Part shown: positions 18,121 through 30,100 of the stretch, piece by piece | Numbering within the stretch: position 1 is the stretch's first letter | Layout: every line of letters begins with the position of its first letter | From: an uncultured virus (IMG/VR IMGVR_UViG_3300032233_002459) | Taxonomy: Duplodnaviria; Heunggongvirae; Uroviricota; Caudoviricetes | IMG/VR virus record: IMGVR_UViG_3300032233_002459 | Length of the DNA: 64,000 nt | Reading direction: 5' to 3' (one strand) | Program-made: the position numbers and the translations under genes | Notes under the pieces: generated by a model | What the model was told of the DNA's origin: nothing | The model's database searches: none | The model's input: the letters and a program-made list of their open reading frames with translations, nothing else

Positions 18121-21100
18121 ATGGCAGCAGCATTTAATTTAACAGCTCAAATTAATTTACGCGGACCAACAAATACACGAGCAATAGCTTCGTCTATTCG
18201 TAAACAACTATCAAATATTAAAGTTAAAGTGGACCTTGATCTTAAAGGATCATCATCAAAAAGTATTGCTGCTGTTAATAAAGGTTTACAAAATATATCA
18301 GCAAATGCAGCAAGAGCTAATACTAATATTAATCAATTAAATGCAAATATTCAAAGATTAGCTGCTAGTCTTGGTGGACTAGGAACATCTGGTCCACAAA
18401 CTTTAGCAGCTACTGGTAAGGCTGCTAGTAGTGCCGGTAAATCTATTAATCAAGTTTCTACACAGATGCAAGAATTCGGCAAGCAATCTGGATTAGCTAT
18501 TCGTCGTTTTGCGGCCTTTAGTACAGTTACTGGTGTTATTTATGGATTAACTAGTGCTGTTAGTAGCGCATATAAAGAATTTATTACATTCGATAAAGAA
18601 ATAGTTAGATTATCTCAAGTTACTGGTACTAGTGTAGCAGGATTGGCTGGAATTACTAGCGAAATTACTAAACTATCAACAGGTCTTGGAGTAGCATCTG
18701 CTGACTTACTACAAGTATCAGTTACTCTGGCTCAAGCAGGCTTATCTGCACAAGATACTAAAACTGCATTAGAAGCACTAGCCAAATCAGCACTAGCCCC
18801 ATCATTTGATGATCTTAATAGTACTGTAGAAGGTAGTATTGCTTTAATGAGACAGTTTGGTATTAGTACAGGAGAATTAGAGGGTGCTTTGGGTAGTATT
18901 AATGCTGTAGCAGCAGCATTTGCTGTTGAAGCTAGCGATATTATTACTGCAATTCAAAGAACCGGTGGAGTATTTGCAAACGCTAGCAAGGGAGTAAGCA
19001 CAGGAACAGAAGCTTTAAATGAATTCGTGGCAATATTTACGAGCGTACGAGCAACTACTCGTGAAAGTGCCGAAACTATTGCTACTGGATTAAGAACTAT
19101 TTTTACTAGAATTCAAAGAGGATCTACCATAGAAGCTTTGAAAGAATATGGCGTTGTTTTAACAGACTTAGAGGGCAAGTTTATTGGGCCATATGAGGCT
19201 GTGCGTAGACTTAGCGAAGGCTTGGCTGGTTTAGATCCTCGTGATTTACGTTTTGCTAAAATTGTAGAAGAGCTTGGTGGCTTTAGACAGATTGGTAAGG
19301 TTATCCCTCTTATACAACAGTTCGCTACCGCACAAAATGCATTGGGGGTGGCTCAAAGAGGTCAGTCATCTCTAAGTAAAAATGCTTTAGAAGCTCAGAA
19401 ATCTCTTGCTGTTCAGTTTGAAAAAACTAGACAATCTTTCGTTGCACTTATTCGTGATGTTGGCAATAGTGGTACATTTAGAACCATAGCAACGATTAGT
19501 CTAACAACAGCTAATGCATTTATCAGTTTGGCTTCAGCACTAAAGCCATTATTACCAATGCTTACGGCATTAGCTGCTATTAAGGGAGCATCTGTTCTTA
19601 GCGAGTTTAGTGCTGGATTTTTAGGTGGTCTTGGTGGTGGCGGAGGAGCCAAGGGAGGTGGTGGCGGAGGTGGTAGTGGTGGCAGCGGAGGTGGTGGTGG
19701 CTCAGGAGGAGGCGGTCGTGGTAAAGGTGGAGCAGCTAGTTCCAAAGCTGTTATTGCTAACACACACGCTATTTCAGCAAATACATCTCAACTATCTACT
19801 GTTAATGCAACACTAGCTACTATGATTAGTAGTTTAAATAATTTAACACAAGCTATAAACAATATGACTCCTCCATCAGCAGGACCAACAACTGCTAATA
19901 GTGGTGGAAAGATTTTGGGTTTTGCTAAGGGAGGATCTGTTCCTGGAACGGGACGAGGAGATAAAGTACCAGCTATGCTTGAGCCAGGCGAAGTAGTAAT
20001 GAGCAATAAAGCTGTAAATAAATACGGACGAGGTAAGTTAGTTAGAATGAATAAATATGCAGTAGGAGGCCCTGTTGATATTGAGGATTTAGAAAATAGA
20101 GATGGTTCATCAACTATTATAGAATCTTATGGTTTACCATATATACAAAAAAAAGATAAAATATTAGGCAATATTAATCGTGAAAATATAACATTCGATC
20201 CCAATTCTACAATTATAAATTGGAAAAAAATAGTTAAGGACACAGATTCTGTATACCAAAGACTTAAAACAGAAAATCCAGATGCAGACACATCCAAGCT
20301 CACCAACGAGGCTTCATCAAAAGCTTTTGAACAAATGATAGCACAAATTAAAGGAGGATCTCTATCAGAACAACCAAATTATCCCGTAGATATCATAAGA
20401 GAAAAAACAAATCCTTTAGAAGTAAAATTTACTAAAGACCCAGTTCCAGATATTGATTTACTTAGTAAATTATATAGATATAGATATGATAAAAAAACTC
20501 TTGGAAGATATGGTTTTACAAAAAATATAGATAAAGACCCACCCATAGACATAGGAGCACTAGACGTTGTTCAAATGGGTCCAAATCAAAAAACAGCTTT
20601 TTCTAGTTGGTATAGCTCAAATAAAAAGAAAATTTTAAATAAAAATTTTGGAGGTCAAATACAAAAATTTATGGCAGGAGGAGTAGCCGAAGCTAGTGAA
20701 GCTATGACACTAGAAGACGCTAAGAAAAAGAGTAGAAAAGAAATTATGGAAATATTGGCTAGTAGGCCAGGAGGTATTTCTACAACAGAAAAAGCAGCGA
20801 AAGTTGGAAGTGGAGAAGTATATAAAATATTAGGACAAAGAAATCCTAATGCTGCTACGGAATCTCTTAAAGAAGCTATATTAAAAGAATATGTTAAAAC
20901 ATATAATAGACAAGCTGGAGCAGCTCAAGGACAAATAACTAGAATGACTAATGAGGGATTAGTAGTTGCTGCTGCTGGTATGTTTGGTAATAAATTTGCA
21001 GATACGACAGAAACAATAGAGTCTTCCAAATTGTCATCGCCTGCTAAAGTAAGAATAATGAGTGGGGTTATGGGTGCTAAAACAGCGGCGTCTCTAGATT

Positions 21101-24100
21101 CCATGTTTAAGCAAGGAACAGAACAAATAACAGACAAAGGAGCAGAAACTCTTTTAATATCAGATATTCTAGAAAAATTTGGACTAGGTAAAGAGCTTAA
21201 TTTAGATTTTGATAGAACTCTAGCTATGGGAGCAGATGAGATTTTATCAGATCCTGGTTCTCCAGTTTTTTCTGAATTTTCTGACAGAAGTAAAGTACAA
21301 GAGGCACTGAAAAAAGCAAGACTAACAGCTCTTGGAGAAGCCCTAGCGTCTTCTGTTAAAGATAGACCAGAGCTACTAGGCTCTACTAAAATAGTAACAG
21401 CTAGACCAGATTCTACATTAGATCTAGTTCAGAGTTGGCTTAGTTCTCAAGGATTACCTATTCCATTATCTCAATTTAAAGGCTTTGGAGGAGCTGGTGT
21501 TAAAGCCGATGATATAGCTAAACTTAAGGCAGCTTTCTTGAGTCCAGGATCCTTATTTGTTGATGATGATGCTAGAAATATAAGTGCTGCTAGTTTAAGA
21601 AAAGATGTTACATCATATCAATATGGAATTGGCAAAAGCTTACCCAATAATCAAGCAGAAGGAGATATTCAAGGACTATTATTAGAACAGATTATACAAA
21701 AGCTTGGCGGCCCAGGAGCATCCAAAGGATTTGGTTTTGACTTTCCAAAAGGATTAGGAGCCGCCGCTAAATATTTTGATTTACCAGATGATATTCCAAC
21801 AGACGTTAAAAGAACAATTAATGGGCCATCAACTATTACAGATAATATAGTAACTTGGCTTAAAAATGTTATGGGTTATGCTAGTGGTGGTAAAGTAGAT
21901 TATTATTCATTAGAAAAAAATAGTGGATTAAATTCTAGAGAATTCGAAGATATAGCAAACTTTGCTAAGACGAATGGTTTTTCTTTGGAAGAATTTAAAA
22001 AATATCTACAACAAAGAATACAGCAGAAACAAGCTAAGTCTGGATTAAGGATGGATCCGGCCAGTCTATTAAGAGCAATTACTCCAGAAACGCCATCAGC
22101 ATCCCAAAAACAAATGGAACTAGCTCGTTCTTTAATGGGGCCAGTTGATCCACAATATAATCCAAAATATGATAATGCTAGAAAATTTGCTGTTGGCGGA
22201 AGTCCCAAGTCTGAAGAATTTGTACAGCAAGGTAATCTTAAATATCTCAGACCTGATGTCATCAGGGCTATGAGAGAAAATTATGGCGAGTCACTCACCG
22301 AAGATCAGGCCGTAGAAGAATTTTTAAGAAAAGACGGAAATTACTTCGTTAACACCGACTTTGGTATTCCTGGTAAAAGTCGTAAGCTTCCCTCATGGTT
22401 AACTCCGTATACGGGACAGTCTGACGCTTTTGATAAAGTACAAGCTAAAAAATATGAGATATCAGATATGGCAGCAAAAAAGAAGGAAAGACAAGGAGTT
22501 TCGGTTGGTGATTTTGAGAGTGGGGCGAGGTTTAACGTCGGCGGTATGATTCAAAAATTTGCTGTTGGTGGTTTAGCAGATGCTACTAGTGAGATGCAGG
22601 GCTTAATGACAGGACTATATGGAAATAGACAAGCTAAAAAACCAGACTCTAAAGCAGATAAGAAACAAAAGAATTTTGGGAAGATAGCTCTTAGAGATGA
22701 AGGACGATCCATAAGCGCCACATACTTTAAAAATGATGAGAGATCTGGTTCTGTTAGTGCTTATAAGATGAGGGATTATTTATATTATGTAGGCTTATCT
22801 CAGGCCACTAAGGGCTATGGTCCTAAATTATATGATGCTGTTATGGAAGCTGTAACGGCAAATGGGGCCATGTTAACTGCTGACAGAGCTAGTGTTAGTG
22901 GAGACGCTAAAAGAGTTTGGGAATATTATTTTAATAATAGAAGTGATGTAAAAAAGACTCCATTAAAACCTGATGATTGGACAAGAAATTCGTCCATGGT
23001 TGATCCTAAACTATATGGTAAAGAAGATACTTGGCCACCAGCTAGTGATCCAGCATGGATATTACAAAGCGGATATAGCAAGAGTCCTGATTTGATCAAC
23101 GATAAAAATTCTGTTATCAGAATGGATCAAGCTCAAGACGCCAGATCAATGGCTCTAGACTTTTTCCGATCCAAACAAACTTTTGCTTCTGGAGGAAGTG
23201 TACCGGCATTAGTTAGTAATGGAGAAGCTTATGTGCCTCCTAAAATTGCTAAAAAAATTGGTTATGGTACATTAAATAGAATGAATCAAGCTGATAAGAA
23301 TGGGATGGGAAGATTTAGTAGTGGAGGTGTTAGTGTATTTAAGGGTCCTGGCAGTGGCACTAGCGATAGTATTTCTACTAATTTACCAGTTGGTAGTTTT
23401 ATTATACGAGAAAAAGCAACAAAAGCACTAGGATTTAATAGTGGTGGAGCAGTTGGTGTCAGAAAATTTGCTTCTGGAGGAAGTGTAGATGCTGATAGAA
23501 TGGACTATTTAAATAGAATAGCTGATAAATTAGGAATTACAGTTCAACAATATGAGCGTAGCGTTAGACAACAAATTTATAAGAAAGCAGCAGGAAGTGC
23601 CACAGCAAAAACATCTTCTCAAACTGATATACAAGATTTATTAACTAAAAATCTTAGTAATATTGGAGACGCTGATGTTGAAAAAGAAACTAGAGAAGGC
23701 TTGACTAATCTTTTTAAGAAAATTGATCCAAAGATAGATGATACAAAATTATCTAAAACTATAGACGATATTGTTGACGGTATGAAAAAAGGATTTTCTG
23801 TATCAGATCTAAAAAATAGCTCAACAGAACTAGAACAAATTTTAAATCAAAATATTACAATACAATCAGAACTTTCTTCTGTTACTGCTGAATTTGAAAA
23901 AGAATTAGGATTTTTAACAGGCAAAATGAAAGTTAGAGGTATTGATGTTAAAGCGCAAAAATCATTACAAGAAGGTAAATTTGGAGCTTTAGAAAAGGGT
24001 AATATTCGACAAGCACAAAGAAATTTAGAATCTCCAACTGGAAAAGTATTAGATAGAATTGGTCAGGCTAATAGTACTGCTAATATACCAGGAATGAAAT

Positions 24101-27100
24101 TACTAGAACGATCATTTCCTAATGTAGCAGATAAATTAACTAAAATGGGTGATAAGGTAGGTGGTATAACTGGTGTTATTGGAGTAGCAGCTTCTCAATT
24201 AAGTTCTCAGATGCCTACTATTCTTAGTACATTAGATCATTTTGCTGGGACTGTTTCAGAAACTAGTCCCGCTATATCTGGTTTACAAGGAGCATTAAAA
24301 AGCGCTAGTAGTTTTGGTTTAAGCGGATCTATTGTTGGTCAACAAGCTTTTGGCGCTAAAGGAGCTGCTGTTGGCGGAGCAGTAGGCTTGGCTGGTGGAG
24401 CAGTTTCTGGTTTTATTAAAGAGTCAACGGCCAAAGAAGTAGAAATGGCCATGAAAGGAGTTAGTGGAGCATCTAATACACTATCTAAAACATTAGACGA
24501 ATTAGCTAATGCTAGAACGTTCGCAGAAAGAGAGGAGCTTCAAGATAGAGCAAATAAAAATTATGAAGCTTTAAATGTTGCATTAGAAACATCTGCTAAA
24601 ACTATAAAAGATAATAGAGTATGGAGTGCTGTTTCTGGTGGATTAGAAGGATTTCTAAGCACTCTAACAACTGTTATAGGAATGATGGCCGCAGTAAATA
24701 TGAGTGGAGGTGGTTTTGGCGCTGGTGCTGGTGGAGGCGGTGGCAAAGGACCAAAACCCAGAAGAAAGCCACGAAAAGCTATTGGCGGTAGAGTAGGACT
24801 AGCTACCGGAGGACTCGTTCCTGTTAAATTAGCTAGCGGAGAAGGAGTTTTTACTCCACCATTACCAACCAGTAAAAATGAATTAGACCAAATGAATCAG
24901 GCTGATAGAAATGGATATAAGCCATCATTTGGTGGACAAATGGGTATAGTTCCTGGTAGTGGTAGTGGCAAAGTTGATAATTTTGATACTATGTTACCAG
25001 AAGGTTCGTATGTTATAAGAACAGATGCTATGAAAGCTATGAACGAACAAGATATATTTGCCGCTAAGGGAGGCAGAATATCTCGTCAAGGATTATCATT
25101 AGGAGGAAGAGTACAATCTTTTGCTAGTGGAGGAGGAGTTAGAGGATATGCTGCTGGTGGATTAGTATTAAAGCTTATAGGCGGAGCTATTAAACAATTA
25201 GGTCCATATTTAGCAGCTGCTTTTGCGGGCTCAATTGTTGAAGGATTTACTGCTTACTTAGATAATTCTACCGAAAAAGAAAGACTAAAAGCAGAGGTAG
25301 AGAGTTTACAGCAATTAAGAAGAATAGCAGATAATAGCGAGGCTTTTGCAACAGGAAATAAGGGTTATGCCGAAAGGGTGATGACACTCAGTGAACCTAT
25401 TGAAAAAGCATCAATGACAGCTGACCAAAGACTATCAGCATATGGTCGTAGCAGAGATAGTTCTGGCAGATTAAATTCTCTCAATATACTACAAGAGCAA
25501 CAAGCTAGAACGTCTCTTAGTGCAGAAGGTATGAACGTTAGTGATAGTCAGAGTGTGCAAGAATATTTAGATAGTTTGGGGGAAGGTACAGAAAAACGTA
25601 AAAAGGCTGATGCGGCAGTAATTAAGGCTCAAGAAAGATTAAGACAAAGAATCTATTTAGAAGCTAGACAAAGACAAGGATTTAGCGAAGATGTTGCGGC
25701 TAAAGAATATAGATCAGCACAATTTGATGATAAGGGTGGAGCAAAGAATAAGGCTGCTCAAGATGTAAATACCCTTGTGGAAAGAGAGGTTGGTCGTGAA
25801 AATAGATCTAGAATATTAGCTGATAGATTAGAAATAGTTAATAGAGCTGTTAAAAAATTTACATTAGATATTACTGATGTAATGAATAGATTATCTTCTA
25901 ATATGACTCGAATTGTTGATGAAATTGGGGCTAGCGCTGATAGGGCTAATAGTGTTTCTGGTGAGTTGTCCGGATCTGGCGCTAAAGCTTACTCTGGAGA
26001 TTCAGAAAATTTAAGAGTATTACAGAATATAAGTGCTTATAGTAAAGAAGAGCTTGGTTCTGCTGTTGACAGTATCAGTAAAGGATTGGGAGATAATGAA
26101 CAAACGCAGAAGATGGGTGACTTTATCAAGGGTCTTCAAGTTATTCAGCAGGAGTTGCCTTTGATTCTTAGAGATACTGCTGGTGGCAATATCAATGAGG
26201 GAGCAGAATCTAATGTAAGATCAAAACTTGGTCAAATGTTTGGTGGATTAGATATGAGTCCAGAGATCCGTCGCCAGTTAGAGGATAGTGTTATGGATTG
26301 GATTCAGGCTAGTACTTCCATGAATAGACAAGGCATGACTATGGAAGATTTAGCTAATAATGTTGAGGGTTTTAAAGAACTAAGTGATGCTGGTGAAAAA
26401 GCCAGACAAACTTTTGAGGAATATGCTAGAAAACAACTTGAAGTTAATCGTCAACTTGGGGCTATGTCGGATAATTTAGCTACAAGTTTTGAGAAATTAG
26501 CAGATAATACCATTAAGGTTCAAGACATATCCCTCCAGTCAGCATTACAGCTTAAAGAAAAGTTTGGTCAAACCATATCCCTAAGAGAAATGAATGCACC
26601 GTTCGAATCTTCTGTAAGAGGATTAACTGGAGGAATAACTGATCCAGCAGCCATAGGTAAACAAATATCAGAAGCTATAGCACAAAAAAGAGTATTAGAA
26701 AGTGATCCTAGTAAAGCTACAAGCGCACTAGGCTCTGGGCAAATAGCTGGCTTAACGTCAAAAATAAATAAATATCAAAGAGCTTTGGATGTTTTAGCAA
26801 ATAGTACTGATAGAGCATCATCAGCACTTAAGAAGATCGATGAACAATCACAAATATCTGCTGGTCGTCGTCGTAGCGTAATGGATTTCTTTGGTATGTT
26901 AGATAATCCAGAAGCTATGATAAATTTTAATAAAGAAACTAGTTCCTATAACAGAGTTATGGGTGGCGCAGGAGGAGTTGGGGATATTCAAGGCGCTCTA
27001 TCGACACTACAATCATTAGAGGGATCAAGAAGTCCAGAAGAATTTGCTAATTTACAAAAACAATTATTTGATAATATAACAAGAGTACTTGGCAATAGTG

Positions 27101-30100
27101 GAATGGATCCGGTTCTTATTGACACATTCAAAAAAACTTTTGCTGCTGACTTTGGAAAACCACAAGATAATCCTCAGATAAAACCATTTATTGATGCGTT
27201 CAATGAGGCGGCAAAGATTCAATCAGATGCTGTTAGAGCACAATCTGATTTAATATCTCAAGGCGGTCAGCTATTATCCAATGCCCTAGCAGCATCTGCA
27301 ACAGATTTTACTACCAAAATGAGAACAGCCGTAGATGGGGTGGTTGCTCAATTAAATGCTGTAGCCAATAGATTAGGATTAGCAGGAGCGGCTCCTGCGG
27401 CTGGCGGAAGAGCCAAGGGTGGTATTGTAGGTTATTATTCTATGGGAGATATGGTTAGTTTTACTCCTCAAGGCACAGATACTGTACCGGCAATGTTAAC
27501 TCCTGGAGAATTTGTAGTTAATAGAGCTGCTACTAGTAAACATTTACCATTATTGCATAGTATTAATAGTGGCAAATATAGTAGTGGTGGTAAAGTAAAA
27601 TATCTTGCTGCTGGTGGCCGTGTACCAGGAGCGCCAGAATTTGATCTTGGTACGACCACAGAATATAGAGAAGAGAATAGTTTTGGAAATAGAAGTATTT
27701 CTACATTATCTCAGCTACAGTATGAATCCAGATATGGTGTGCCAGGAGTTAGGGATAATGTAAAAATGATTTCTGATGATATGTATGATTCTCTTAAAAA
27801 TAGGTCTACAGAAGAGTCAAGATTAAGACAAGAAGGGACTCCTATGCTTTATCATGACGAAAGCACAAGGGGTAAGATTAAAAAAGCCAATCAATTAAAA
27901 CTCAATAAAAAACAATATACAGAATTATCTATTGGAGAAACAGAGCGTAGAATACCTCTTTATCAAAGACAAACAGCAGAATATTATCCGAATGGAGCAG
28001 ATTTTGATCATAGAGCATTTGATCAAAAGATGTTAGATTATAAAGACTTACCCACACTAAATTATCTAAATGTAGATATTCGTTCAAATAAACAAAAAAT
28101 CGCAGCTGTTAGTCAGGCCATGCAAACTAGAGATGGTTTTCCAGACTTATTGGCAAAGTATTTATTAGGTTTAAAAGAGTATGAAAGCACATGGGCAAGT
28201 ATGGGACTTGGTATGGCTTTAGATTTAGAGAATCTAGTTCCTGGTTCTGTAACTGCTGATGCTGGCCCAATGATTGCTAGTAAAGCATTAGGATGGTTAA
28301 GTAAAAATACAGGTATAACAAAAGGCATATCTACTGCTATTAAAAAAGGGGCTACAACTCCTCTTGGTAAATTAAAACAAGCTAGTACTAAGGACTCGGG
28401 TATTGGTAGAATCTCAGCTAAAGATTTAGGTTTGCCAGAGTTTGCCCCTGCCAGCCCAGCAGCTTCTACCAAAGCAAAACCTCCTAAACCAACTAGTGGA
28501 TTTGATAGAGTTATACAAATAACAGATGATGTTAAAAGTCTTATTGGTAGACTTCAGTCAGAAACTGGCAGTAAACTAGCATCTAGTTTTAATAAGTTAG
28601 GTGCTGATAATTTATTACAAAATACAAGGAATGCGTTGGGTATTTTTGGTATAAATCCAGAAGATTTCTACTTAGCTATGCCAGATTCTATTAAAGTAGC
28701 CCCCAGTCTTAAAGATATGAGAGGATACTATGCTGCTAATAAAGGAGCATATAGCGGCTTAGGAGATGTAGTAATACAAAAAGATGTTACTGCAAAAACC
28801 CTGTATCATGAAATGGTACATAGCTTATTTGATGGAGTAAGGAAAAAGGGTGGTGGAGCTTGGGAAAGATATCAATCTAAAGTTATGGAAGTTTTTAGTG
28901 GCAATGATCCTTATAAACTTACTGATGCCATAGCACAGTATAGCGATAGCTATAAAGCACAAGATATTGTTTATGGTAAATATTATAAATTAAAATGGTT
29001 AGATGATTTAACTAATGGCGTTAAAAATAAAGACCTAAGAGAGAAAATTTTAGATACATATCCGGAACTTCAAAATTTCTTTAGAAATCCAAAGAATATG
29101 AATATTCCATATGATACTAATTTTGATAGAATCGTTGGTGGCGCTTTAGAGTTAAGCGGTAGACCAGAATTATTAAAAACTGCTAGTGGTTATGGTATGG
29201 AGGAGTTTTTAACTAAGTTGGTTGATAGTTCTAATTTAATGAGTAATCAGCAGCGACTAGGATTAAGTAAAATATTAGATGATTTATTAGCAGGGCCTCC
29301 CCAAACCTTAAGAGATAATAGCGTTTTGGCTAGTCTTAATACTCCAACAAAATGGGAAGTATTAAAACAACAGTGGACAAGAGTTACAGATCCATTAAGA
29401 AGAATGGTCTCTCCACGAAAATCTACGCCAACAACCCCTAAAGCCACAACTGCTCCACCAACCACCACAGGCACATCGGCTGGAGGAGGCACTCCAAGAA
29501 CAGGATCTCCTGGAGCACGAACTACTGGTCAGCCGCCGGTTCCTCCCAAACCAAGACCAAAAACAAAATCAAATAGAGGAGGCTCATCATCTACTTCAAC
29601 AAGATCACGCTCGGGTAAATCATGGTCTGATTATTTAGCTAGTAAGTTTGATGATACTAAACAATGGTTAAGTGGAGGAGATGGACCATGGACCTCAAGG
29701 GCTAGCACATGGCTTGGAAGAATCTCGAATGGATACTTTCTTGGTAGTCTTGGGGTAGGAGCAGGCACATCCTTATGGCCCTGGATTACTGGGAATAGTT
29801 CGTTACCACCAGATGCTAGTTCTTCGTCAGATTCTTCTAGGCCAACAGGTGGCCCACTACCGCCCCCAGCGTTTGATCCAAAACAAGATCCAGTTGCCGA
29901 TATAAAATATGCTACTGAATTTGCTAGAAAATTTGCTACAACAAATACATCTGCAAAAGACGCATTTACTAGTGATGATGGTAAATATAAATTTGGCCAA
30001 GTATTAAGAGCGGCCAAAAACTTAGGACTAAAAGATCCTATGGGTGTTACTGATTTTAGAGTACGAAGCGCTACTATACCATCATACGAAGCAGGAGATG

